Shown one piece after another: positions 27,414-37,320 of a stretch of DNA of 64,000 nucleotides (positions are counted from its first letter, which is position 1; the number at the start of each line of letters is the position of its first letter). The stretch is from IMG/VR virus record IMGVR_UViG_3300033463_000012. One strand, given 5' to 3'. The position numbers and the translations under genes are program-made. Source of the stretch: a virus. Lineage: Duplodnaviria > Caudoviricetes. The notes under the pieces are model-generated. The model made no database searches. It saw nothing but the letters and a program-made list of their open reading frames with translations, and was not told the DNA's origin.

Positions 27414-28276
27414 TGGCGAAGAAATTGTGCATATCCATTTGTGGTGGCGGGATCAAGGGCGTTTGGGTTTCTCAATTCCTTTCCCGTCTTGAATCCGACC
27501 TTGGCAAATCAATAGCCAAACAGGTGAAGGCTGTGGCCGGGACATCAACCGGTTCCATCATTGCTGCCGCTTTGGCTGAAGGGTTGTCCGCCACGGAAAT
27601 CACTGACCTCTACGTGAACAAGGGGTCCAAAATCTTCACCAAATACCCTGCATACAAGAGAGTCCTTCCCAAATATCCGACCTATGACAATTCCAACTTG
27701 AAGAAGATCCTCAAGGACATTCTCAAGGGAAAGATGAGCGAATTCAAAATCCCCGTCTACATCCCGACCACCTACATGAATGGAACAAGCGTGGAGAAGG
27801 TTTGGGACAAGGGGGACGACAATATTGACAAGTGGTTCGCAGTCCTGACCTCCTGCTCCGCTCCTACCTATTTCGACGTTGTGGTTCAGGGCAATGATTC
27901 CTACTGCGATGGTGGTATTTGGGGAAATGACCCCTGCATGGTTCTTCAGTCCGGTTTGAAAAAGGAATACCCGAAGTTCGGTGACATCAAGGTCCTTTGC
28001 TTCAATACCGGTGGGATTTCCAAGCACGAGGACACCGGAAACAAGACGATGCTCGGGTGGGCTGAATACTTCATCGACAATGTGGGGAACGCAGGGGACA
28101 GCAACTATTTCGAACTCTGCGCCAACATCGGGGAAGAAAATGTGTTCCGGGTCAATCCTAAGGTCGGTGGGAAGATGGATGATGCCTCCAAGGATCACAT
28201 CTCCAAGCTGATAGACATCGGGAATTCTGCCTATGATTCCTGCAAGGACGAGTTGAAGAAGTGGTTGAAGAAATAG
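27413..28276 (+). CDS. Patatin-like phospholipase
   Basis: GGGIKG, GTSTG, SAPTYF, DGG. Confidence 0.93.
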   Translation: MAKKLCISICGGGIKGVWVSQFLSRLESDLGKSIAKQVKAVAGTSTGSIIAAALAEGLSATEITDLYVNKGSKIFTKYPAYKRVLPKYPTYDNSNLKKILKDILKGKMSEFKIPVYIPTTYMNGTSVEKVWDKGDDNIDKWFAVLTSCSAPTYFDVVVQGNDSYCDGGIWGNDPCMVLQSGLKKEYPKFGDIKVLCFNTGGISKHEDTGNKTMLGWAEYFIDNVGNAGDSNYFELCANIGEENVFRVNPKVGGKMDDASKDHISKLIDIGNSAYDSCKDELKKWLKK

Positions 28277-28284
28277 GAGAAATT

Positions 28285-29616
28285 ATGAGAAATGACAGAT
28301 TGAATGAAAGTCACGATTGGGATGAGTTTTCAAAGGAATTTCCTAACTCTGATGAATATCTCCCCGCTAGTGGTGATGGTGACAACATGGGAACTCAGGC
28401 ATCTACTGCACTCTGCAAGTTGGTGTACAAATGGTTCAATGACGGTGACGTTTACGACAACAACTACGGAATGGAAGGATGGTGCAATGACATCTCCGGT
28501 TCCGCAAACTGGCTGTACAAACATATTCCTGAAACAAGGGAAATTCTCGATCGTATCGAAGAGGTCAACACAGATGAAGCATATACTGACCTTCTTTATG
28601 ACCTGTGCGAAGTCGTTGACCCAATGATCCCGGAATTGTTGAACGAACCCAAGGTCGGTGATGCCTACAATGAAGATGGTCCTTATCATTTCACGGAATT
28701 CATCGAGTGTCCCGAATGCAGAGAAAAATTCGATCCTAATGACCCGCTGCAATGGGTCAGCTTCATGGGATGTTGCAGAGATTGTGCAGAAGAAATGGAA
28801 CAGGAAGAGGAAGAAGAACTGGACGAATCTGTTCAGCGGTTGGATGAAACCAGTTGGTTTAAACAACGGGAACTTGCATGGGAACTCAGATATGAAGATT
28901 ACAATGGACTTGAAAGTGCTGAACGAGATCAAAATGACTATGGTCGTGCAAAATGGATAATGGGTGTAATCGAAAAAGATGTTCAGGATTTGCCAGAAGT
29001 CAAAAACACTGATTTGGATGCAGATGGGTATATTCACAAAGAAAAGAAATATGTAGACAGACCTGGATATGCATATTTCTCTGGCCATGCCTATTTGACC
29101 ATAACTGTTAATGACGAAAAAGTTGAATTGGATTTGAATGACAAATACAGATGCATAGACATTTTGTATGGTGACCACCTGGAAAAGACCCTGAAATACG
29201 TCGCCTCCTTCAAACATGACAATAATGGTCAGATGCTCGGGAAGATAAGGGCGAAGATGCGTCCTTGGTGGAAACGTCACCTGTCCGAAGAAAGCTACGC
29301 CAAGTTGTACCCCAATGCTGCAGCCGAAGAAGCTGCAGCAGAGGCAAAGAAAGCTGAACTTCAAAAGGCCAAGGAAGAAGAAAGGGAAAGAAAGGCAGCC
29401 GAAAGACTTGCAGCCCTTGACCCTGACATGGACGTCAACCCGATTCAGATGACTCGCCGTTTCTGGAAGATTCAGAAGGCGCTAAAGGCAGGGGAACAGA
29501 ACCCGGAACCTCAGGAAAAGGTGGATGAACTCAAGGCATTCATGAACACCAAGGGAGCCATGGACGCATTCGGCAAATACTACAATTTCGCCAGAAGTTT
29601 CATGAGCAAACTTTGA
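28285..29616 (+). CDS. Hypothetical multi-module protein
   Basis: MRNDRLNES...; CPEC/CRDC; internal LDESVQRLDE linker. Confidence 0.8.
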   Translation: MRNDRLNESHDWDEFSKEFPNSDEYLPASGDGDNMGTQASTALCKLVYKWFNDGDVYDNNYGMEGWCNDISGSANWLYKHIPETREILDRIEEVNTDEAYTDLLYDLCEVVDPMIPELLNEPKVGDAYNEDGPYHFTEFIECPECREKFDPNDPLQWVSFMGCCRDCAEEMEQEEEEELDESVQRLDETSWFKQRELAWELRYEDYNGLESAERDQNDYGRAKWIMGVIEKDVQDLPEVKNTDLDADGYIHKEKKYVDRPGYAYFSGHAYLTITVNDEKVELDLNDKYRCIDILYGDHLEKTLKYVASFKHDNNGQMLGKIRAKMRPWWKRHLSEESYAKLYPNAAAEEAAAEAKKAELQKAKEEERERKAAERLAALDPDMDVNPIQMTRRFWKIQKALKAGEQNPEPQEKVDELKAFMNTKGAMDAFGKYYNFARSFMSKL

Positions 29617-29624
29617 GGCAATAG

Positions 29625-31094
29625 ATGTTCTACAGGGAACTGTTTGAAGAATTCAAGAAATGGGTGACTTCCTCTCACATGGAGGAAGAGGTCCAGGATG
29701 CCTACGAAACGGGTGACATCAGTGTCTTCGACGAAATCCTCGAACAGTTCGAATTCTTTGTACAACATGAAGTCAAGGCGGATGACATCGTTTCCATGGT
29801 GGACGATTGGTGCGAACTTCAACCACTGACTGAAAGTGCAGAAAGCAGCATTGACTGGAACTCGTTTTCAGACCCGGACATTCAGAAGGGTGTTGATCTG
29901 ATGCGAAAGATAAATGACTGCGGTTACGAGGCATACATAGTCGGTGGCTGTGTTCGTGATATCGTCAATGGAGACAAGGACGTTCATGACATTGACATTG
30001 CCACCAATATGCCAATTTCGGAACTGAAGAGCAAGTTTCACACCGCAGACAATGGCGGGGAGAAACATGGAACAATTCTTGTCGAAAACGACGGAACCAT
30101 GTTCGAGGTGACTCAATTCAGAACCGAAACTGGTTATAGCGACGGACGACATCCTGACAAAGTGGATTGGACAAATTCATTCGAAGCCGACACCAAACGT
30201 CGTGACTTCACCATAAACGCCATGGGCATAGATGCAGATGGAAAGGTGATCGACTACAATGGTGGAATGGACGACCTACGCAACAAAGTGCTTCGTGCAG
30301 TAGGAAATCCCGTTGAACGTTTCACCGAGGACGCCTTGCGTATCATGCGCGCCATGCGTTTTGCCGCTCGATTCGACATGACCATAGCTGAAGAGACAAT
30401 GGAAGGAATAGTCGCTTGCAAGGATCAGCTGAGCAACATTGCAGTGGAACGCATCCAGGCCGAAATGATCAAGACTGCTGAATATGGCTCCAAACAGTTC
30501 GCGATCATTGTTTCCTTGATGAACGACACTGGATGCGGTGAGGTAATCGATCCTTATGGTTTCGTGGATTGGGGCAAGGCGACGGATTTGACCGAAGCAA
30601 GGGCACTGAATCCATTGTTCCCCGAATTGGACAAGGACGTCATAGTCTCCTTGGCCCTGCTGTTCTATGGAAGTGACACAAACAAGGCCATGTCATATTT
30701 CAGATGTTCAGGTGATCAGACCAGGAGCGTTGGATTCATCTATGACAACTTGGAGAATTACAGGCACCTTGAAGATTTGGACCCGATCAATGCCATTAAA
30801 ATTGTGAACAACAAGGACTTTGATCGGCTGCGTGAAGTGAACCATGCGATCGAAGGACATGACAGTGAAAGCGCCAAGGTCATTCCTGTGATCGAAATGC
30901 TGATCGACAAGGCATTGCCGAGATTCAAGGACATTTCCGCGATGATGAAGAAAGCTGGAATAAAATCTGGACAAAACTACGGAATCATCCAGAAGAAAAT
31001 TCAGAACAAAATCTGCAAGATGTATATGGACGGGATTGAACCGACCGATGATCAGATAATGGAAATGCTGATCAAATACAGTGAGCTAAATTAG
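29625..31094 (+). CDS. cca: tRNA nucleotidyltransferase (class II CCA-adding/poly(A) polymerase family) with ~70-aa N-terminal extension
   Basis: AYIVGGCVRD, DIDIAT, EVTQFRTE, RRDFTINAM, RFTEDALRIMRAMRF, ERI. Confidence 0.92.
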   Translation: MFYRELFEEFKKWVTSSHMEEEVQDAYETGDISVFDEILEQFEFFVQHEVKADDIVSMVDDWCELQPLTESAESSIDWNSFSDPDIQKGVDLMRKINDCGYEAYIVGGCVRDIVNGDKDVHDIDIATNMPISELKSKFHTADNGGEKHGTILVENDGTMFEVTQFRTETGYSDGRHPDKVDWTNSFEADTKRRDFTINAMGIDADGKVIDYNGGMDDLRNKVLRAVGNPVERFTEDALRIMRAMRFAARFDMTIAEETMEGIVACKDQLSNIAVERIQAEMIKTAEYGSKQFAIIVSLMNDTGCGEVIDPYGFVDWGKATDLTEARALNPLFPELDKDVIVSLALLFYGSDTNKAMSYFRCSGDQTRSVGFIYDNLENYRHLEDLDPINAIKIVNNKDFDRLREVNHAIEGHDSESAKVIPVIEMLIDKALPRFKDISAMMKKAGIKSGQNYGIIQKKIQNKICKMYMDGIEPTDDQIMEMLIKYSELN

Positions 31095-31138
31095 ACAGAA
31101 AATTTGCATAATAGTGTGCAATGAAAGGAGATTAGGAT

Positions 31139-31777
31139 ATGGCTTTTTATTCATATACCAACAAGGAAAAGGCAATAGATGCACTACAGCGTCTCTCTGA
31201 TGCATATGAAGACGTGGTGAACTACATAAGTGACGAGGACTTCAACAAGATTGCCTATGACATGCCTCTGGAAATCGATGACAATGATGATTATAGCAGC
31301 TTGATGGAAATTTATGACGGTTCTTTCGCTCCTCGTTCATTTGATGAATTGGAAATTACTACATTCTGCGAAGCCATGATCAATGGACTCAAACGTTTGG
31401 ACAATGTCAATGAATCCCGTCATCATGGTCATATGCTTAAGGAAAGTGAAGAAAAGCAGACCATGTACATGGATGACGTTCATTTGAAGAATTTGACAAT
31501 GGACGGAGAAATCTACGATAGATGGGGCTGGGATGATATTATAAACGCACTATGGCAACAGGTAGTTGATAAGGACAATATTGAAGATATTGTACGCACC
31601 GCCTTTGCTGAAAACAAGCACTGGAAAAACCCTACTAATAGAGGGTGGTTCCCTGTTCTTACCAAATTCTCTGGAAATGCAGGTAAGGCATATTTCGCTC
31701 TTAAAAACGAAAACGGTCGTCAGTCAAAGGATCAGGTTCTTGTTTCTTGGACCCCGGTTACTGAAGACGAACTGTAA
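31139..31777 (+). CDS. Hypothetical two-module protein with VNESRHHGHMLKES linker
   Basis: CTAAAT at 31086; RBS present. Confidence 0.8.
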   Translation: MAFYSYTNKEKAIDALQRLSDAYEDVVNYISDEDFNKIAYDMPLEIDDNDDYSSLMEIYDGSFAPRSFDELEITTFCEAMINGLKRLDNVNESRHHGHMLKESEEKQTMYMDDVHLKNLTMDGEIYDRWGWDDIINALWQQVVDKDNIEDIVRTAFAENKHWKNPTNRGWFPVLTKFSGNAGKAYFALKNENGRQSKDQVLVSWTPVTEDEL

Positions 31778-31792
31778 AAGAATTGTGTGACC

Positions 31793-31827
31793 AAAACCCG
31801 CTCCTCCATTGGAGCGGGTTTTCTTTT
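31793..31827 (+). terminator. Rho-independent terminator
   Basis: AAAACCCGCTCC-loop-GGAGCGGGTTTTCTTTT. Confidence 0.85.
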
Positions 31828-31853
31828 GCCTCTAAATTCACTGGAGGTCCTAT

Positions 31854-32159
31854 ATGAACATCAATCGGGACAGTTTCCTTGAATTCGACACAAACACGAA
31901 TGACTTGGACCTTTTGACCAATCAGCTTTTCCGTACCTATTTTCCTGAAACCGAATCCAAGTTTCTGGTCACCGCTCAGGATGTAGGCAGGCCGGACTTG
32001 ATGGCTCAAAGAATACTTGGAACCCAGGAACTATGGTGGGTCCTTCTCAAATACAATGACATTGATGATCCGTGGAATGAACTCTACCCCGGACAGATCC
32101 TCAAGATTCCTTCGGTCACATCCGTTCAATCCTACGCCATGGACTACGAGGTCAGATAA
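31854..32159 (+). CDS. gp53: Baseplate wedge protein gp53-like
   Basis: RPDLMA...LWWVLL.YN.I.DP..EL..GQILKIP. Confidence 0.8.
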   Translation: MNINRDSFLEFDTNTNDLDLLTNQLFRTYFPETESKFLVTAQDVGRPDLMAQRILGTQELWWVLLKYNDIDDPWNELYPGQILKIPSVTSVQSYAMDYEVR

Positions 32160-33293
32160 GTGGCTGTACAAAACAGACAGAACGCTGGCTATTCCATTCT
32201 CCTTGACATCAATGGAGAGGAAGTGCCATATCAGAACGTGGACGGGTTGGTCATTCGTGAATCCATATTTTCGATCCTTCCCCGTCTTTCCATGTCGTTC
32301 AGGGACGTGGGAGATTTCAGCTCGACCAGGCCAGTGAAGACGAAGGACAAGGTCAGGGTATCAATCGTTTCCAATGCAGGAAAATCAGGTGATGTTCATT
32401 GTCCTTTCAGGGTCATGAAGGTCGAAAACCAGAACACTGACCCGAACATGCCGAACACTGCGGCTGTAGGCATCACCGGCATATTGGATTTCCCGGGATT
32501 GTTCGATGGACTCGAATCCGTGGTTTTCAATGACAAGTTTTCCAACGTGGTCTCCGAAGTCGCCAAAATCGTGGGAATGAAACCAAAAATAAACATTGCT
32601 TCGAATGACAAGATGAAATGGACTTGCTTCGGGGAAAACTACATGAAATTCCTTTTGCACTCCCTGAACCATGTGCATATCTCGGAGAAGGAATGCCCTG
32701 TCCTCTATGGAAACAAATCCGGAGAACTGATATTCGATGGACTGAAACGAGCAAGTGAATCTACATCCCGCATATCCCTGGTGTTCGACCCGACAGCCAC
32801 AGTGACGCCCACGGACTACAATGGAAAGGACTTTATCAAGAAAGGACAGGCGGAATCCAGGGTGAATGTTCCTTATTCCAACTGGACATTGTTGGACATC
32901 AAGGAATACATGAACAAATTCGGTGGCGGCGACGGGATCAGATTGTCATACTTTGATGGAGAACCCGTGGAGAAGGATTGGAAACCTAAGGATTCCACAG
33001 GTGTGACGGAAAGAATGGTATATGGGGTCAAAACCCTCAATGTTCACAAAAACTACTATTCTGCCATGGTGAACAACAGACTGAACAAGAATTCATTTTT
33101 CGGAACCTGCATAACCCTGAATACTGGCCTGTTCGGTTTCAAGCCATTGGACAGGGTGCACGTGACGATACCAGCTGGGAACCTCGGGGACACCTCCAAA
33201 GAACTTTCCGGAGAATATATCATCTTTCAAGTCTTGACCGTATTCAACAGGGACGCGAAAGGAGAAATGGTTTCAATGGCCAAAATTTCATAG
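32160..33293 (+). CDS. Putative baseplate hub/tail protein
   Basis: Follows gp53; IRESIFS near the N-terminus, SGEYII near the C-terminus. Confidence 0.5.
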   Translation: MAVQNRQNAGYSILLDINGEEVPYQNVDGLVIRESIFSILPRLSMSFRDVGDFSSTRPVKTKDKVRVSIVSNAGKSGDVHCPFRVMKVENQNTDPNMPNTAAVGITGILDFPGLFDGLESVVFNDKFSNVVSEVAKIVGMKPKINIASNDKMKWTCFGENYMKFLLHSLNHVHISEKECPVLYGNKSGELIFDGLKRASESTSRISLVFDPTATVTPTDYNGKDFIKKGQAESRVNVPYSNWTLLDIKEYMNKFGGGDGIRLSYFDGEPVEKDWKPKDSTGVTERMVYGVKTLNVHKNYYSAMVNNRLNKNSFFGTCITLNTGLFGFKPLDRVHVTIPAGNLGDTSKELSGEYIIFQVLTVFNRDAKGEMVSMAKIS

Positions 33294-33369
33294 GAAATTT
33301 TCATAGTTTCCTTTAATTGGCTATATTTAATACAACAGGAACTCACCAACCACTCAAGGAGAACTGCAG

Positions 33370-34008
33370 ATGAACCTGTTTGAATCCGCTCTTGAAAAGA
33401 AGAATGAACTCAAGGACCTTCGCAAGCAGAGCCGCGGGATGATCAATTCCTACTGCCTGGCCGAATGCGACAACAAGAAGTCGGCCGAATTCAAGGAATT
33501 GAAGAAGGAAGTCAAGCGCTACATGAGTCTGAAGAACAAGATTTCCATTGCCGAAGGCCGTGGCGACGAAGACCCCATTTCGACCTTGTTCGCTCGGGTG
33601 AACGAAACAATCGCCCTTCTCCGCGACATGGGGAAGATTGACAAGCTGAATGAATACCTTGAACAGCTTTCCACTCTTACCGTGGAACTCAAGGATGAAC
33701 AGGCCAGGGTGAAGAATCCGATTTCTGACCTTGAGGATCGGATGAAGGACAATCAGGACGAACAGTTTGAAATCGGCTGCGACCTGAACAATCTTCGCGA
33801 CGAGGCCGAGGATCAGGGGATTTGCTCCAAGTCTCGTTTCAACAAGTTGGTCAAGATCATCCAGGACAGAAATGCAGGGAAGGAAGATTTTGAAGACAAA
33901 CTTCAGGAAGAATACCTGCTGTCCGGGTTGATCAACAAGGGAGCCGAAGCGATTTCTGATCTCATCAACCCAAAGGAAAAACCTGATGCCGACTCTGACG
34001 AAGGTTGA
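33370..34008 (+). CDS. Hypothetical helical protein
   Basis: AAGGAG RBS; CTATATTT motif upstream. Confidence 0.8.
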   Translation: MNLFESALEKKNELKDLRKQSRGMINSYCLAECDNKKSAEFKELKKEVKRYMSLKNKISIAEGRGDEDPISTLFARVNETIALLRDMGKIDKLNEYLEQLSTLTVELKDEQARVKNPISDLEDRMKDNQDEQFEIGCDLNNLRDEAEDQGICSKSRFNKLVKIIQDRNAGKEDFEDKLQEEYLLSGLINKGAEAISDLINPKEKPDADSDEG

Positions 34009-34522
34009 AACATATTCACTGGAAGGGGAAAAGCTGGCCGAGATGATGTATTACGGCCAGAAACCACTTGTCGGTGAAGAAGTTGTGCTATGGGAAAACG
34101 GGGAGGTTCGCGCGATCATCCCCTATGCCCATGGCCGAAAACATGGTGTGGAAAAAGTATTTGACGAAGAAGGCAACCTGGAAATGGAAATACGCTGGAT
34201 AAAGGACAAACAGGGCGGGACCGAGGTCATATACGATGACATTGGCCTCAAGATTCGTTCCTCTCAGTGGAGGGACGGGAAGAAACATGGAAACGAACTG
34301 TTCTACCGACAGAACCAGACCGTATGGAAGTCAGTGGAATGGAAGTGGGGCAAGAGACACGGGGAGGAAAAGGAATACTACTTCCAGGGTCCCGTGAAGT
34401 CAATCCGCCTGTGGCGACGAAACCGCCGTACAGGTTTCGCCCGTTTCTACACCCCTGACGGAAAGAAGGTCAGTTGGTGGCTTCATTTATGGCACGAGGT
34501 CCTCAAGATTTTCCACGTCTGA
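33986..34522 (+). CDS. MORN-variant repeat protein
   Basis: Repeated GxKHGxExxY units. Confidence 0.8.
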   Translation: MPTLTKVETYSLEGEKLAEMMYYGQKPLVGEEVVLWENGEVRAIIPYAHGRKHGVEKVFDEEGNLEMEIRWIKDKQGGTEVIYDDIGLKIRSSQWRDGKKHGNELFYRQNQTVWKSVEWKWGKRHGEEKEYYFQGPVKSIRLWRRNRRTGFARFYTPDGKKVSWWLHLWHEVLKIFHV

Positions 34523-34523
34523 A

Positions 34524-35624
34524 ATGAAACACGACAATGACATGTTGTGGCGATATTGCGTTCTTGCAGCTGAACGCATGAATGGGCATAGGTTGTCCGA
34601 GCACAAATTCAACTTCAAGTGCAATGTCTGCGGAGATGGCCACCACAAGAAACGGGGCTATCTCGTTTTTGACACATCCAGGGATTTGATTTACTACAAG
34701 TGTTTCAATGAAGGAGACTGCGCAGCTGCAGGAGACGGGAACACTTGGCACGCCTCAAGATGGCTGAAATTCACTGACAAAAACCTCTATTCCGCCTATC
34801 GTTCCGAACTGAAGGAAAGTCGGGTAAAAAGGATAGGTAAACTGAGGTTCAAGACAGAGAAAAGCGCCCAGAACTGTCCCACATCTCCAGGGAGCCACTC
34901 AGAGCCAGTTTCTGCAAAGGTAGCTATAACTACTAGGGTACCCCCGAAAGTGGCTCAAAACTCATCCTTGGAGCTGACGGACATAGAACGAGAATTCAGC
35001 TCTTTTCTGCCCATAAAGAAATGCCCGGACAATCTCAAAGAACCTGTAAAGAAATTCTGCCTAGGACGGATGCTCCCGAAAGAGAGGATCAAGGAATTTC
35101 GGGTAGCTGTGAACGGGAAGTATCGGAATCGCATAATCATCCCGACTTTTGACGAGAACCACAAGCTGATCTATTTTCAGGCGCGCGCATTGCTTGGACA
35201 AACCCCAAAATATCTCAACTCAGTGGCGCCAAGGGAAAACGTCATCTATGGTCTTGATCGAGTGGACAAGAGCAAGCCGGTCATTGTCCTGGAAGGTCCA
35301 ATCGATTCAATGTTCGTGGAAAACGGCGTGGCCACCATGGGTTGTTCCTATTCCAAGGAAGTGCAGAGCAAACTCGATCAAATGAATTGTCTCTATCTCA
35401 TGGACAATGACAGGGCTGGAAATTCAAAATCGCGTGAATTGCTGCAGACAGGGCATAAGGTGTTCCTGTGGACTAAATTTCTCAGAGGTAATTGCTTGGA
35501 CAAGAACCTGAAGGATTTGAACGAATACGTCGTCTCGCAGAAGGCACGGATTCCTCTTTCCTTTGATTTCCTGTCCAGCTATTTCTCGGATTCACAATTC
35601 AGCATGTCATATTTGACAAAGTGA
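34524..35624 (+). CDS. gp61: DNA primase gp61
   Basis: NFKCNVCGD, YKCFN..C, RIIIP, FQAR, KYLN, EGPIDSMF, DND, KDLNE. Confidence 0.95.
   Translation: MKHDNDMLWRYCVLAAERMNGHRLSEHKFNFKCNVCGDGHHKKRGYLVFDTSRDLIYYKCFNEGDCAAAGDGNTWHASRWLKFTDKNLYSAYRSELKESRVKRIGKLRFKTEKSAQNCPTSPGSHSEPVSAKVAITTRVPPKVAQNSSLELTDIEREFSSFLPIKKCPDNLKEPVKKFCLGRMLPKERIKEFRVAVNGKYRNRIIIPTFDENHKLIYFQARALLGQTPKYLNSVAPRENVIYGLDRVDKSKPVIVLEGPIDSMFVENGVATMGCSYSKEVQSKLDQMNCLYLMDNDRAGNSKSRELLQTGHKVFLWTKFLRGNCLDKNLKDLNEYVVSQKARIPLSFDFLSSYFSDSQFSMSYLTK
34874..34980. repeat. Dispersed palindromic element, copy D, inside the primase ORF
   Basis: 34874-34893 is the exact reverse complement of 17581-17600; core TAGCTATAACTACTAG at 34921. 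Confidence 0.85.
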
Positions 35625-35721
35625 GAAATTAAAGTGTCCGATTTCAAGCGAATCAAGAAAGTTCAGACTGATACCTACAACCGAAAGGGCCGCAACTCTT
35701 TCACAACAAAGGACTGGGAAG

Positions 35722-35928
35722 ATGAAGACATCTACGATGACGAAGACGCAACTGATTTCAGCTATCAAGAATCAGCTGACGATAGTTGGCAATACAATCA
35801 GTGAGGCGAATCTGGCCAAGGGTCAGAAAGGTTTCAAGGCAGCCAACAAGAAACAGTGGCAGATGGGATACCTTGCCGCGCTGAAGGACACTTTGGATTG
35901 GTTGGACAAGGAGTTCACTGAGGTCTGA
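35722..35928 (+). CDS. Small hypothetical protein
   Basis: 68-aa ORF; start uncertain. Confidence 0.55.
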   Translation: MKTSTMTKTQLISAIKNQLTIVGNTISEANLAKGQKGFKAANKKQWQMGYLAALKDTLDWLDKEFTEV

Positions 35929-36052
35929 CCTTGTGGGATTGGGCACATTCCCGCTTTTGGAAGGACAAGTTCCTTCTGCTTTTTGATCATCGACTTTTGA
36001 TGGTCAAATATCGAAAGTTCAGGAAGTGCATCATGTCAGAGACGGAGAACGT

Positions 36053-36382
36053 ATGAGCTGGCCTTTCCTAGCCGACTTCACTGACAAACAGGTCAAGTAT
36101 GTCTATGGACTGATCACAAGCATGCTGGACCATTACGGGTTGAATTTCCATTTCAATGACAATTGGAAGGACATCAAAATCGAATTCAAAGATTGTGTGA
36201 TGATGATCTATTTCCAGGACAAATGGATTGAATGGAAGGTATGGTCCGCGAATGGTCAACTTTCATATTACAAAGGAAGACCCGCCACATATTTTGAATA
36301 TGCAGACGCCTACAAAGGAATCCAGGAATTGGATTGGGTCATTTCGCATTTGAAGGATGGACCTAGATTCTTCAAGAGCTAA
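36053..36382 (+). CDS. Hypothetical protein
   Basis: GGAG RBS before MSWPF. Confidence 0.7.
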   Translation: MSWPFLADFTDKQVKYVYGLITSMLDHYGLNFHFNDNWKDIKIEFKDCVMMIYFQDKWIEWKVWSANGQLSYYKGRPATYFEYADAYKGIQELDWVISHLKDGPRFFKS

Positions 36383-36413
36383 ATTAGACAAAAGTTTCAA
36401 ACGAGGAACAGAT

Positions 36414-36857
36414 ATGAACGATACAGAAGATTTGATGTACACCAAGGCGAAGATGGACAAGAGAAACCGTATTGACTGGATGAAGGAAGAAACACCCCAG
36501 CAGATGGCCGGCACATCCTGGATGGTGACCTTGATCTACAACATCGGGAAGCAGTTGACCCTGACTCCGGACAAGATTCGCGTGGCTGAATTGAATGTTC
36601 CAGTCGAAGATTGGATCACCACCTATGAAGATTGGGTGGCCGATATGATGGAGAAATACGGAACATCTGCAGTTGATTCAGGTGATGCACTCCAGACCAT
36701 TTACGAAGACCTCATGCGCCACTACGTTTTCGACGCAGTGATGAAGGCCTTCCCCGACGGTTTCGATTACAAGATCACCGAGGACATGAGTGACCTGGCC
36801 CTGGAAAAGGTCAAGAAGGTTTTGGGAACCTGGAAGGATCCAGCTCCCATTTGGTAG
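36414..36857 (+). CDS. Hypothetical late protein
   Basis: CTAAAT at 36379, GAGG RBS. Confidence 0.75.
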   Translation: MNDTEDLMYTKAKMDKRNRIDWMKEETPQQMAGTSWMVTLIYNIGKQLTLTPDKIRVAELNVPVEDWITTYEDWVADMMEKYGTSAVDSGDALQTIYEDLMRHYVFDAVMKAFPDGFDYKITEDMSDLALEKVKKVLGTWKDPAPIW

Positions 36858-36883
36858 AAATTGAACAAACAAGGAGAACGAAA

Positions 36884-37267
36884 GTGGAAAATCCCGAAAA
36901 CAAGAAAAAGAAGACAAGAGTGAGCAAAGTCACCAAGACTACAGTGACCAAGACGACTGAAGTCAAGGTCAAGGCGGAACGCAAGCCACGGACAAAGAAG
37001 GAGCCCAAGGTGGAAACCAAGTTGGAAGCCCCGATCAAGCCCGTGGACGAACACATTGATGATTTCAGTGCAAAGCTGACCGTCGGCATTCTGCTGGTCA
37101 TGCTCGTCGTGCTGATCGTTTGGTCAGTGATGAAGAAGGAAACCCCCAAGCCCATGACCATTGAACCTCAGGCGAACATGATTCTCAAAGACACTGTCGC
37201 CAAGGACACCATGGTCACCGTCCTGGATACGGGCAAGGTCGACACGATAGTCACTGCCAACAAATAA
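36884..37267 (+). CDS. Single-pass membrane protein with basic N-terminus
   Basis: LTVGILLVMLVVLIVWSVM; AAGGAG RBS before GTG. Confidence 0.75.
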   Translation: MENPENKKKKTRVSKVTKTTVTKTTEVKVKAERKPRTKKEPKVETKLEAPIKPVDEHIDDFSAKLTVGILLVMLVVLIVWSVMKKETPKPMTIEPQANMILKDTVAKDTMVTVLDTGKVDTIVTANK

Positions 37268-37287
37268 GGCAGTATCCAAAATGGAAA

Positions 37288-37320
37288 CAACCTGGCCCCT
37301 TCAACGGGGTCAGGTTATTT
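37288..37320. terminator. Terminator between convergent genes
   Basis: AACCTGGCCCC-loop-GGGGTCAGGTT. Confidence 0.7.

Noticed and set aside
35634-35804. Alternative small ORF (VSDFKRIKK...YNQ) overlapping 35722-35928
   Set aside because: Weak RBS and overlap with another small ORF; cannot tell from sequence which is real.
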